Assembly (NCBI GenBank): GCA_001938485.1
Contig: MQRK01215961.1
Location: forward strand, 1 to 58,253
DNA length: 58,253 nucleotides
Reading direction: 5' to 3'
DNA from: Girardia tigrina
Lineage: Eukaryota
In this document: one piece after another, positions 25,835 through 40,958 of the stretch
How positions within the stretch are numbered: position 1 is the first letter of the stretch
Layout: the number at the start of each line of letters is the position of its first letter
Position numbers and translations under genes: made by a program
Notes under the pieces: model-generated
What the model saw: the letters and a program-made list of their open reading frames with translations, nothing else
Database searches by the model: none
What the model was told of the DNA's origin: nothing

Positions 25835-27036
25835 TAGAGCGGACAAAAGTCAATAAAGTCAAAATGGTATCAGGAGGTAGAAATAGTTTGAGAAGCCCAA
25901 AAGTACTCATAAATATGTACAAGGATGCCCCTCCCCAAAGTTCATAGGTCAAAAAAATGTCAAAAAACCTCGTTAGGTCAAAAAATTTCAAAGAAAGAAA
26001 AAGTAAGTCAAAATTTGAAAAATTAGGTCAAAATAAGAAAACATTTTGTCAAAAATGTGAAAATATGTCAAAAAAGTCTAATTAAGTCAAAATTGTCTAT
26101 TAAAAAAAGTTCTAACTTTAAAAAAAGTATTAAAAATTTAGAAAACATTGTTTTGTAATATTCAATAACTTTATTTTCAGTTTTAAATTGTTCTAGGTTA
26201 TCTTCATTTGTATTTCTTCTTTATTCATTATCGTTGTTCTGAAGACAATGTATTCACATTTGTTTTATGTAACCTTCAGAACTCATTTACTGCACAAATA
26301 TACAACTTGATTGCCACTGTCAAAGCCATTGGCAGTAAAGAACCGTGAACGGCGAGACCTATTTAAAATTATCGGACAATCATCTCAGCCGGTTGTAACC
26401 AGGTGGACCACATGGTTGATGCAGCTTTCTACTACGCGGAGTATTTCCCAACAGTTTAAGAGATTGTCAATTCCACTAAATGTAAAGAGCTCCTTCTTGC
26501 TCATTCCAAAGAGGCGGTCGCAAGTTCTACTCTTTCTAAATACTTTATTAACATTTTACATCTTACACACTTTGTAGAATGTTTCGAGTCTTCAAACTAT
26601 CATATACGTCAGGCAGTTAAAGACCTAAAAATATTTCATGTTGGGGTGGATCCGTGTGCGATTAGAAAATACTGGAATAAATGTTTTGACAGTAGTGACA
26701 TTATGTAAAAAATTAAGACGGCGAGAAACGATGTGTCCCCTCACTTTTATGCTTTACTACAGGAAGCACAGTAAACAAGTGATGCGGCAGAAAGGAGGTT
26801 TTCTAGTCTGAAAAGAATTTTGCGAGATAATCGCAACTTTGATGTGTGAAACGTGCGATATTATGCACTGCAGAATTTTAATTCCACTGCTTGAACATTT
26901 TTTACTCTATATGTTATTAATACAATTTTTTATATACTTGTCATCTTAACTAATTTTTTAAGGTCAAAAAAAGACAAAATCTAGGAAAAATAAAGTCAAA
27001 ATTTTAATTTTTTAGGTCAAAAAATTGTGCGCTCTA
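25835..27036 (+). mobile_element. Internally deleted hAT transposon (CGGBP1-like transposase fragment)
   Basis: TIRs TAGAGCG(G/C)ACAA; 8-bp TSD GTCATTAC/GTTATTAC; GTCAAAA subterminal repeats; PVVTRWTTW/DAAFYYAEYF and AERRFSSLKRILRDNR motifs. Confidence 0.85.
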
Positions 27037-27462
27037 GTTATTACTTCTCCAACATTGCGCAGCAAGCAAGGAAGGCACGACGCTAGAGCAGAGAGTGTGA
27101 TATCGATTTTTTACACGATAATGCTTCTATCCATCCCAGCACTGCTTCCGTTGTCAAAATTGAGCGTTGCGGGCTAAATTTGCTCCCCCATCCACCATAC
27201 AGCTCCGATTTAGCCCCCTTCTACTTTTTCCTGTTTAACCATCCAAAAAAGCATCTGTGGGGCCAGGTGTTTACCAACAAATATGATTTTAGAGCCACCA
27301 TGGAGAGTTTTCTGTGAGAAAAACCTCCAGAATTCTTCAAAAACCTCGTTATTCGGTGGGAAAATTGTGTCAGTGCACAAGGAAATTATTTTGAGAAATG
27401 ATGTATATTTACTATACTTTTTCTAAATACAAAGTGTTGTGTTGATATCTAAAGTCTTTCTA

Positions 27463-28750
27463 TTGGGTTGGCAACTACGTAGTTGCGGATTTTTTTTTGA
27501 AAATCAAAGACAATTTTTTCATGGATCTAAACAACTTTATTCTGTAATGTATTGCCCATTTTGATCAATGACTTTTTGTCATCTTTAGGCAGCATCATAA
27601 TTCCACGTTCATCAAACTTCTGGTTTTATTAGCAAAAAACTGAATCAGGTAAGATTTGACATCATCATCATTATTGATTTTTTTACCATTCAATGAGTTT
27701 TGTAAAGATGGAAACAAAAAGTAATCAGATTGTGCAAGGTCAGGACTATATAGGGGATATAGCAAAACATCCCAACCAAGCTCCAAAAATTTTTGCTGAG
27801 TGACGAAAGATGTGGGTGGCCTTGCATTGTCATGATGGAATACAACATTTTTTTCGATTTGTCAATTCGGACCGCTTCTCTGCAACTGCATTGTTTAATT
27901 TCGTTAGTTGTTCAATGTATACATCAGAATTGATCGTTAGGTTGGGTGGTAAGAGTTCCAAGTACACAATTCCTTTGTAATCCCACCAAACGGATAGCAA
28001 AACCTTCTTTTGATGAATATCAGCTTTTGATGTTGTTTGAGTTGGTTCACCTAGCTTGCTCCACGATCTTTTCCACTTGATATTGTTGTAAACAATCCAT
28101 TTTTCATCGCCAGTTATCAGTAGTTGTAAAAATGGATAATGTTCATTACGTTTCTTTAGCAAATTGCAGCTGTTAATGCGTTGCGTTAAATGTATTTCTT
28201 TCAGTTCGTGAGGAACCCATGTATCAAGTTTTTGAACATAGCCAAGTTGTTTTAAGTGATTTTCAATCCATGCATGCGATACATGAAGCTTCTCTGCGAT
28301 CTCACGTGTTGTACTGTGACGATCTGAATCGATTATTGCTTTGATTAGGACGTAATCAACTTCAACTGGACGACCACGGCGTTTTTCATCTTTGAGTGAA
28401 AAATCAGCAGAACGAAACTCGGCAAACCAATTTTGGCACTGCCCTTCTTTTAAGGCTTCGTCACCATAAATAGCACATAACCTTTTATGAGCTTGCGATG
28501 CGTTTTTCCCTTTGCGAAAATAAAAAAGCAAAATATGACGAAAATGTTCCTTTTTATTTTCCATTTTTCAATGAAGGCCAAACGAAAACTACGCAACCGA
28601 TAAAAAGAAATTTTTTTACTGATTGACAGCTGAATTGCCCCAAAATCAAATAATAAAATGTGTTTTACATTTGTACTACGTCTACAAACCTAAAAATTCA
28701 ATTGAAGCCATCTATGAGTGAAATCCGCATTTACTTAGTTGCTAACCCAA
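27463..28750 (-). mobile_element. mellifera-subfamily mariner (Famar1/Ammar1-like), 1288 bp
   Basis: TIRs TTGGGTT(G/A)GCAACTA..GCGGATTT with TA TSD; MENKKEHFRHILLFYFRKGKNASQAH, WVPHEL, ITGDEKW, YSPDLAQSDY; a few frameshifts. Confidence 0.95.
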
Positions 28751-29358
28751 TATATAAGTTTCACGACTTATTGGGCGCACCACGTAAATCTACTATCACA
28801 TGTAGCGAAAACTTCTGTTCACGATGTGATGTTAAAAAATAATGTTATAACTAAAAGTAAATTTAATTTTTAATATAGTAAGGGATTAATAAAAAAACAG
28901 TAATATAAAATCCTTATAACTTTCAGGGCAACCTAATAATAATTTGATTACTTTAGTCATAAATTAAAGTCTAAATGAATTAATCAAGCAATCAATAAAA
29001 ATTCAAGGTTTTTAATTCTTTTTCGATTCTCCTGTTTAATTTTTTTCAATTTTGGAAGATTTTTTTTCTGAAATCACGAAAACATGTGAGCATATTAATT
29101 ATAGTTGAAGGTTTATGTACAAAATATTTAGAGTTGAGAAGTAAGCTTTAGCTACTTACATAATGAAGACCAAACAACAAAAGAGGATATCTAATTAATA
29201 AGCTAAAGTCTTAGGAATACTGTATTTCTTATATATCTTGAGATGTTGGTATCTGTCAAAGGATTAAATGTTCTTAATTATATTTACCGACCAAAACTAA
29301 CATGAAAATGTTATATTCTTTAATTTATATACAAAGTAAACATTTTACTCAGGTATTT

Positions 29359-29364
29359 TTTATT
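29359..29364 (-). terminator. Candidate PRDM8 polyadenylation signal
   Basis: AATAAA on minus ~55 nt after the stop codon. Confidence 0.35.
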
Positions 29365-29418
29365 GTAATACTACAAATAAATTTTGTTTTCAACAGTACA
29401 TCTTTCGATAATAGAATC

Positions 29419-30239
29419 TTATTCATGGGAAATCATATGCCGAGTTAAATGATGTCTTTCCCTAAACGACTCCCCACAAATAGAACAGCATAATTTATCA
29501 TTTCTCTTTTGTTTTTCCGAACTTCTTTTTCTATCAATAAAGTGGTTAGCATCACTTTTGTGGTGGGTACGCATATGGTACACCAAGTCACTAGTCATTC
29601 TAAATGATGTACAGCATTTCGCGCACCAATTCTGCGCAACATTTAGAGGTACTCCGTTACATAAGCGGCTTGAAAAGTTGTTTTCCATGGAATTGTTAAA
29701 TGATTCCGGAGATAGAGCACTTTTTAATAAATTCTCTACCATCGGATTCTTGATTTTATTCGTTTGAAATGTTTGTTGAGAATTGTTCAGTAAATTCTTA
29801 ATCTGGTTGTCTTCTGGAATGGTAAAGATATCCGAATCATTAACAGATTCCGGTGTTAAGTTGCCGAATTGTTTTTCGAATAGAGATAGGGAAAAATCAA
29901 AATCAAAGCACGGTAAAGAATTTGTGCAGCCATTCAAGAAGTTATTTATTCTTGAAGATCCGAGTAACATTTGTTCAGAAAATTCAGAAGGATATGAAAA
30001 AGAATCGGCTCTTGTCCAAGAATTTGAATATATTTGAGATATCTCTCTCAAAGCGTCTGACGAATTAGGGGATATTCTTCGTTTACGGTTCAGTTTAGCT
30101 TGGTTGGTGTGAATTGTAGTCGGTTGAATCTGGGCCTCCATTTTGATCGCATTTTTATTTGAGGTACATTTGAACAGTCTATGACAAATGAGAACATAAT
30201 TGTTCTCAAACACCATCGAACATCGGAAACAAGTGAAAA
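29419..30239 (-). CDS. PRDM8: PRDM8-like, last exon (zinc fingers)
   Basis: Acceptor TTTTTTCAG|; FTCFRCS..CHRLFKC finger, then AQNWCAKCCTSFRMTSDLVYHMRTHHK and CSICGESFRERHHLTRHMISH, the diagnostic PRDM8/ZNF488 finger pair. Confidence 0.92.
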
Positions 30240-30469
30240 CTGAAAAAAATTAAGTAAATAAAATATCAAAATCAAATGAGATATATAAAGATAATTGAAA
30301 CAAATAAATTCCGAAATTTCGACCCATTTTTACAATCAACAATTCAGAAATTAACGAAAAAGCTAAAAAAATAATTGTTTGAAAAATGATTAATCCTTAT
30401 ACTAATACATGAGTATTTAAGGGGTTAAACTTTAAAAATTATTTTATTATGACTGATCATTTTCAACCT

Positions 30470-30905
30470 CACTATTAACAACATCAATATGATTTTTCAA
30501 ACATTTATTAACATACACAATCAGAATTGTTATGACGACAATTATTCAAAAGGCTTTCGATATTTGACATTTTTCTTGATTATTATATTTCTGAATTCAT
30601 ACTAATTTTTCAATAAATGAAAAAGTTTTATTAATAATTATAAAGATTCTAATTGGTTAAAATTAAATCCAAACATTTTATAAAAGTACCAATTAAATTA
30701 ATATATTAAATTATAAATTACATTAAAAAATAAATATTACACTCGAAAATTATTTTAAATCTTTTTACTTTAAAATTTTATTAAATTACTTTTAATTAGT
30801 GGGAATTAAAGGCAGTACCAATCAGCTATCTGTGCAGGAGAGGCACAATCCGAATCAACATACAACATGCACAATATCAACACACAATTCAAAACATTCC
30901 TCACA
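30470..30905 (-). repeat. Unclassified LTR-like repeat, copy 2
   Basis: Begins TGTGAGGAAT on minus; 30470-30590 aligns with 35120-35240. Confidence 0.6.
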
Positions 30906-31069
30906 CTAACAAAACTGGAAACGACATACATAATGATGGGAGATAAATATTTCTATTTTATTCAGGGTTAGGAAAACAAATATAAATATAAAAAATATTT
31001 TGTAATACATTAAGCATTGCTTTTTATTCAGATTAAAATAAAAATATCATAATAATTTAATTAATAAAT

Positions 31070-31950
31070 AGGGTTGACCGATAAGTATTAAAGCAAGAGT
31101 CAAGTAACACGCTATATTTAATCGTCATTGTCTTTCAAATGGTAAAAATAGCTACTGCCGACTGGAGCACATCACTCCTAACGACCAGAAAGTTTTTTTT
31201 TATACTATTGACAAAAAAGACTGAATCATTGATAGAAATTCAACGTCCTATGTCCACCTCAATGTCTCTGAACATGAAACATTTTCCTCTGCGTGCCACT
31301 TTTATTATGGACAATTAAAAAAATCTGATGGCACAAGGTCGGGGGAGTTGCAATTTTTTTTCTTCCAGTTTCGCTGATGTCATTAGAGCAGTGTAGGGTT
31401 TTGCGTTGTCATGGAGGAGGCAAAGAAAGTCATCGATCATCCTTCTTCGTTGTTGTGTGAGTATGGAAACCATCAGGAGATCTGTATTATTTATAATTAT
31501 TTGTCGACATAGAAATGCTTCAATGAGAAATACTTCCCGACAATTCTAAAATATGATTTCTAAATATTTCTTCAGTGTTAGGGTGGGTCGAAGTTTTGTG
31601 TATGATGCCTTATTGGGACTGGGCCAGAATTTATGGAAAATAAAACTATGGTTTTTCAAATAGACCAAAATCTTGTCTCCCGTGACAAGCCGGTGTTGAA
31701 AGTTGTTTCATCGGTAGATATTGAGCAGTTCAGAGCAAATGTCCACTCCTCTTACTTCATCAGACAAAGAATATGGTATCCAGGTAATGTACATCAAATG
31801 CTTTCCTATGTTTTTCAGATGTATCCTTTTGAATTAACTAATTACTGAAATTTAATGCAATATTTTACTTATACGAGTTCCTGGTTTGGTGCTTTTCGAT
31901 TATTTTTTGGAAAGGAGTATCAAGATCTCAACTTTTATTTATCATTAAGG
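31070..31950 (-). mobile_element. Heavily decayed mariner remnant in PRDM8 intron
   Basis: Minus-strand LLHDNAKP and NSPDLVPSDFF; TIR-like GGGTTGACCGATAAGTATT at 31071; right boundary approximate. Confidence 0.7.
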
Positions 31951-32844
31951 ATGAAATTATTAATCAGTCTCAGTTCTTTGACTGGGAACATATTCAAGTA
32001 CTGAAGTAAACATTTGAGAAGTTACAAAAGACAAAATCAAAATCATTTTTCTTAATTAAGGAAAATTTATCTATTCGATCAGGGGATACTCTTCTTTAAT
32101 AATTTAGTTTGTTATTGATTGCTGCTTGATTTTAACTCCAAAAAGAGACTTTGTATATAATGTATTTCTGTATTTGTTCATCAAGTAATAAAAGAATCAA
32201 GAACAGTTGAATTTTTGACTTAGTTCTAACTTTTGATTGGTTTGAAGCTTCTTTAAGTTTATAATATAAAAAGGAATGTGGATTGTGATATCACGTTTTT
32301 GGAAGAATTTAAAGTAATTTAGAAGGACATAATTTTAGATTATGAGAATTGCTCAAATAATTTTCACAAGATTCTGATGAAGACGAAAAGGAAATCTAAA
32401 GGAATGATTATGAAGGGGTGATGGATGACAACGACAATTAAGGCAAGACAGGATAAACATTTCAATTCTTTTACAAGATTATTTAAAATTTTTAGTATTA
32501 ATTCTATGATAAAAGAATTCAACGAATAAAAATTCTTTTGCATTTTTATGATAATATGTATTAAATACTTTAGTAATGTGATTAACCCTTGTTCGGGCAA
32601 CGTGAGTCTTGACCGGGCTTTACTGATATCACATATAATAGAGTAATATCAAACATTTATAATTTTAAACTCAAAAAATTTAATGTATTGAGTCTTGTGA
32701 ACCTTATTTTTTCAGTTTTGATAAATAACTTAAAAAAATTATAAATTTATAAAAATTAATTAAAATCAAATATCTGAAATAGTATAATAATAAAAATAAA
32801 ACTTTAATAATTTTAAATATTATTAATTAATGATAACAAGTTTA

Positions 32845-33400
32845 TTTAGTTAAAGATTTTAAGTATTGATGTGGCTTTGATTTTCACATTTTAAATCAAT
32901 AGAGATTCACAGAACCGCTGCTGATAATTTTATAATCAGTGCTCAATGACCTTACTCGATCGACTCGATTGTGAATGTTCACGAATCCGGGTTTAGAGAT
33001 TACTATTTATCTCTCCAATGTGGTCTTCTCTTCTCCGAATGATCTGCTAGCAGATTAACTCTAGGTATATTTATCAATTAGCTAGTTATGAAGGTCAGCT
33101 GATCTGGTATCCCATCCTCTTCTAAAGTTAACGTTAGAAATAACTTTCAGAGCTGCTCTTTTATGGTCCCCCTCGATGGTTGCATGTCATACAGTCGTGG
33201 AGTGCGATCCATCCTACTATGTTGGTACTAAGTGACAACAGTATAGGCAAGCTTTTAAACGTTTTTGCCTTGATACGGAATCCCACTCTTTTAGTTTCCC
33301 CGTGACATACAAAAAAGATCCTGAAAATATCTATCAGAAAGAGCAATTAATCCAATTCCTCCATCGTACACCCAAAAAGTATTTCATTTTAGAGTTTGTC
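32845..33400 (-). mobile_element. Penelope-like GIY-YIG remnant
   Basis: HIGEINSNL*TRIREH..QRFCESLLI..LKIFN*, homologous to the 11385 copy; right boundary approximate. Confidence 0.7.
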
Positions 33401-34830
33401 GCTTAGAACATCATTCTGATTTATTTATTTACATTATTTATTTTATTTACCAGATTAGCCTGCAATATATTATTTGTTGTGTTGCGGATATAAAAACTCA
33501 TACATTGGAGTGATAAATCGTCATCTAAAAACCAGTATCAGTGAGTATTCATTATAACGATCTTTTGACAATTATTAACTATTAAAAAATTCCTCAAAAA
33601 ATGATTATTATAATTTTGCTTCACTAAAACATTAAGGAATCTTGAGGAATAGAACTCGGAAAGTCGTATGGAATTTGAATTTTTTGCCGAAATTCACATT
33701 ATGAGGGGTTAGTTTAAATTTGCATTTCGCCAAAATAGCTTATTATTTTTTTAATTTGAAAATTAAAAAGTAAAGTAAAAATATCATAAAAACAAAGACT
33801 TATTTAAAATATGCTTGTAGTCATAACAATTGATATATTTTAATAAAAGTTATGAAATACATTTAAATAAATTTTAAAATAGATAATCAACGGATTAAAC
33901 TTTGTAATATTTTAAGAAATAATTTTTTTAATAAAAGGCTTATAGTAAATTTAAATTAATTAGCTTTCATGATAAAATTTCTTAAAAATGTAAAAATTAT
34001 TTTAAAGTTTAAAATTTAGCAAATTTTCAAAATTGAATCGAAAGAAAAATTTAATAGATTAATTTTTGGCGAAATAATTGAATTAACGAAAAATTTGTTT
34101 AAATATGTGAATTGTTGTCATGAATAAAGATTGTGGTGTTAAATTACAAGTACTGAATTTGGCAATAATGAATGTGGCATAAACGCTACTTACACACATA
34201 AAATATAAATTTGTTCTAATGTAATTATAAATTTTCCAAAAAATTTAATGTTAGAAAATTGCGAAAGAAAAAAATCTAAACGAAATAATTTTTGCATCGA
34301 CTAAAAAAAATAAATATGTTTCATCAATTTTCCTATAATTTCTTTCTTCTTTTTGATAAAACTAATTGTAAAAGAAAATATTTAATTACCTTTTGTAACT
34401 ATTTCTTTCTGTCAGTAAATGTTGCGAAGACGAAAATTGTTTTTTTTGGAAAAAAGAGACCTGAAATTCTCAAACAAAATATTTTTTCCAATGAATAAAA
34501 AATTGAAAAAATTGAACATTAGAAAAAAAGAAACAATTGAGAAGAAGCAGTAACGAAAATAAGTAACAATTAATTCCTATTTTTTAAAGCAACAATTCCT
34601 CTGACAAAAATGAGAATAAATTCCTTTTAATAATCTAAAAATTTAATAAATTGTAAAAAAATGACTTAATTTTTGTTGTTGTTTTTAATTTATTTTTTAT
34701 CAATTATTTAGCTTTTTTTCTTGGAATAAAAATGTAACAAATATTGTTACATTAAAACACCATTGAAAAGGCAAAACATGAAATATACATATTGAAAGAC
34801 AAAAAGAGAAGATGACTTATTGATTCTCAC

Positions 34831-35083
34831 CTTTTTTGGAGGAAGAGTCATTTGGATTAAACTCGAGATCTTCCAAAGGAACACCGATTTGAGAACAATA
34901 TTTTCGACTAAACCAAATGAATACTTCTTCTCCCGGTTTGATCAGTCGACTTGTTTCGTAAAATAAATCACCATCATCTTCTCTATATAACTCTAAGTTT
35001 TGTTCAATAGGATTTCGTGCCGACCTCAAATATGGAACCCATTCTTCAAGTTTGTTTCTATCCAAGGAATGCATTATTGAAAC
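34831..35083 (-). CDS. PRDM8: PRDM8-like, PR/SET-domain exon
   Basis: WVPYLRSARNPIEQNLE..LFYETSRLIKPGEEVFIWF; acceptor TTTCAG phase 0, donor G|GTGAGA phase 1 matching the next exon. Confidence 0.92.
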
Positions 35084-35119
35084 CTGAAATTAAAACAAAT
35101 TAATCCTTATTTTATTATA

Positions 35120-35582
35120 GCTATTAACAACATTAATATGATTTCCAATAATTTTATTGACATCACAACTGGAATTGGCTCCAGAACAATTCTCCAAAAA
35201 AATTTCGTATTTAGATATCATTTTTGATTGATAAATTTAAATTCTATTTCTAAATCTCTAATTATTCGAAAAATAATTTTCAAAATATTTTAATTAATTT
35301 TAAAAACCTTATTTATGATCAAATAAATCTTTATTTTACAATCACTATTAAAATATTTTAAATCACTTTCAAATAGATTTTAAAATATTATTATATATTT
35401 ATTAATTAAAATATATTAATTTAATTTTAAAGTCGTTATTTACATTTCAAAATTGTCCGAATAATCCGACTGTTCAAAAGAATCAAAATATCAATCTTCG
35501 ATCTGGGTGAGAGAAACACAATCCTAAAAACAACATACCAAACACAACACACAATGAACACCATGCAAAAATATTCATTACA
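35120..35582 (-). repeat. Unclassified LTR-like repeat, copy 3
   Basis: Begins TGTAATGAATATTTTTG on minus; core GATCTGGGTGAGAGAAACACAATCC. Confidence 0.6.
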
Positions 35583-37777
<2,195 letters not shown>

Positions 37778-38239
37778 CTTTAAGCGTTCCATTTGAATAT
37801 TCCAACCATGATTTTATTTTAACAGGTCATTATTTATTATTAATATTTTAATTTATAACATTTTACCATTTATGTATTTTATTTTCATTTATATTAAGTT
37901 ATATTTGTTGATAATGATGTTAGAAAAAATCAAAACATTTTATTTGATTATATTTAAAAAAGATGCTTTAATTAAATTATTTATTAGGAAATGTTGAGGG
38001 TATAAAAATTTATGATGCTCATTTATTTAAGTATAAACCCTAAGGCTTTTGAGAAAATTTTATTTCAAGTGTCCTGGACAAGCGCCCTCACACAGAAAAA
38101 TATGTTTTTTTTAATAAATTCCATTTTTTTTATAAGAACAAAGAATTTTTTTTATTTATGACATTAATTTTTATTACTAATCTACTTATAATAGTCAATA
38201 TAATGATGTAAAGTTATGGCAAAAAATATTTAATCATAC

Positions 38240-38383
38240 CCTCATTTCCGGAATTTCTGGTAAAATATCGGATGTCATATTGCCGACAAGAAACGCCGGA
38301 TCTGCTATCATCAGAGTGGTGGGAATCGGTCCAAATCGTAAATTTTTCGGTACTTCCCCAGTCGAAATAACCCCCATAAGTTT
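38240..38383 (-). CDS. PRDM8: PRDM8-like, N-terminal PR/SET exon (possible start ATG at 38377)
   Basis: GVISTGEVPKNLRFGP (PR-domain FGP motif); donor AGG|GTATGA phase 0; acceptor TTTCAG at 38384 implies a further upstream exon. Confidence 0.85.
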
Positions 38384-40958
38384 CTGAAATAAATATATAA
38401 ATAAGAAAAATTCTATTAACAGACTTTCTAATGCAATTAGTCGTGGACACCTGCTGTATGACATGGTATTATGTTGCAATTGAGCCGTGCAGATTAACAG
38501 CAATACGGATAATATCTCTAGAGATCTATGGGATGTATACGGGGGATAGATTGTGGCATATTCATGTCACTTAACTGCGTTGGGAGATTGTGGCCAATCT
38601 TTTCTTTATTATATTTTATTCCATTAATTGTTGCCCGAGTGGTTTGCGATTTTCTTGCCGATATTTTGTATTAATGGTAAATTTAATTAATAACTTTCTT
38701 TTTATTTCAAACAATCAAAACGGGATTATATTTTCCATATTTTTTTTCACGAAATTTAATTCAAAGAAACTTTGAAAAATGAAAATAAATATATTTATTT
38801 ATTTATATTTTTGACCGACAATGAAGCGGTATCAATTAATGTCTTATTATATTCTAAGAACTTCGAAGTTATATTTGAAAAAAAAATAATATTTTATATT
38901 ATCATTATATATTTAGATTTCAAATAATAATATTTTATATTTTTTTAAAAAGCAAAATTGTAACTTTTAAATTTCAATGAATTATAATTTATTATTTATT
39001 TATTATATATTTTAGTTTTTTTTGACGAATTTTATTTTGTTATTAATTTGATACCTTTCCGATTTTTAACGGAAAATCAGCTTTAAAAAATAATTAAAAT
39101 ATTATTTATATTCTCCTATCATCATTTTTTAGTTAAACTTGAACGTCAATCATTAAAATAATTTATTAACTTTATCCAAAATACAATTAAAAATAAATAA
39201 ATAATATTGTCCTATTTAATTTATATTATAATCTCATTCCAATCTCATATTTCTATTAGATTTTGTTCGAAGTTAATTAGGAATTTGTCCAAACCTAGCT
39301 TTTGTCATCAATTTCAAGCGGCCAGATCGTGGTCGATTGATAAGGACAGTCAAGTAATTGCAGGGGACCCCACCATGGGAATACCATTCAATACTAGAAA
39401 TGTGGACCTACTTTATCATTGTATTCATCTGAAACTACTAAATTTTAATATCTGAAATGTAGCATAATTTAATTTCCTAAAAAAATTTCACGATGAAAAC
39501 AAAACGAAAAAAAAGATTATCGTTTTAAATGGGTAATTCCATGGAAAAGATTCCCTTCATAAAAGTGATTTAATTTTTATTTAATGAAGCTTTAGAAAAT
39601 ATATTATTTATTTATTTATTTATTATTTTTGGTAAAAAAATTTTATTTGAAATTGAATAATAAATTTATTTTTTAAAAATAAGTAAATAAATAATTATTT
39701 GGATTGGAAATATTACAACTGCAAAAAAAATAATATTAAATATAACTTTATAAGTTTTTTTTCTAAAAAAAAGAAATAAATTATTATTTATTCTATCACT
39801 GATATGAAAGTAATGTATTTCAATTATAAAACAAAAAAATAGTAAAACTCAATTTTAATTAATTTTAATTAATTAAATAATTAGAAAATTTTTAATAAAA
39901 ATATACATTTAAAAACATAATAATAAAATAGGAAAAAAAATTATTAAGTCTTACTTAATTTTTTTTTCTTTTGTAATTGTTGGAAATTTGTTTTATTGTT
40001 CAAGGAAATTTGTTTAAATAATACAAATAACCAATAATTTATGATCCAATGAGACTGTTGGATTTTATTCGCCCGATTCATTGAATTTGATTAAATTCCT
40101 CATCGCCATTGATATTCATTTGAATACAACGGGGAAAAAATTCCCATTTTTATAATCTATTTATATATAAAATATTAAAAATAATTAATTTTATCTAAAA
40201 AAATGAATTTTTAATTATCATATATTTAATCGGAAAAGTTAAATGAAAATCTACTGAAAATTATTATTAAATATTATTTCAAGTTAAAATAAACAAAAAA
40301 AACTTTTTTTCACTATTAAAATTGTAAACATTTAATTAATATTTTTTTTGTATTAATATTTTTCTATAAATTAAAAAAAATATAATTAAATAATTTTATT
40401 TTTCAAAAAAAAATAGAAATAAAAATAGAAATAATTTTACTAATTTCTATTTAATTGAAATAAACATTTGAAATTTTCTTATTAAAATATTAAAAAAAAT
40501 GACAAAAATTTTACAGTATTTGGTACGCTAATTAATAAAAATTATTCTTCTTTCAAAAAAATTTTATATATTTCAAATGAGGGATTTAATTCCTCATACT
40601 CTTGGATTTTTAGTTGGGATAGCAAGAAAAGCGACTTGATTGGTTTCGGATGTTCGGGAAGCCGGGCAATGAAAACTGCCATTAGAAAGACCCAGTTCTC
40701 ATTCAACAATAACTTGACATCAAACATTGAGTAAATAATAGGTTAAAAATGATTAATTCATTTGCATTCATTTGTTAAAAATTTTTATTATTTAAATACA
40801 TATTTGTAACGAAAATAAATCTATAAATACCGAAATAATTTAGAATAATTATATTATTATACAATTTTTTTAAAAAATAAATAAACGCCATTTAAAAATA
40901 TATTTTTTGATAATAATATATTTCGACTGATTATGATCTTTTTTATTGCTTTTATATA

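Larger units (their letters stand above)
25130..28785 (+). mobile_element. Decayed host mariner carrying two nested insertions
   Basis: FVPRFLT, ILTVDETP (25500-25650); reading resumes after the hAT with LHDNAS, LLPHPPYSSDLAP; terminal CACGACTTATTGGGCGCACCACG|TA lies after the nested mariner; left end uncertain. Confidence 0.75.
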
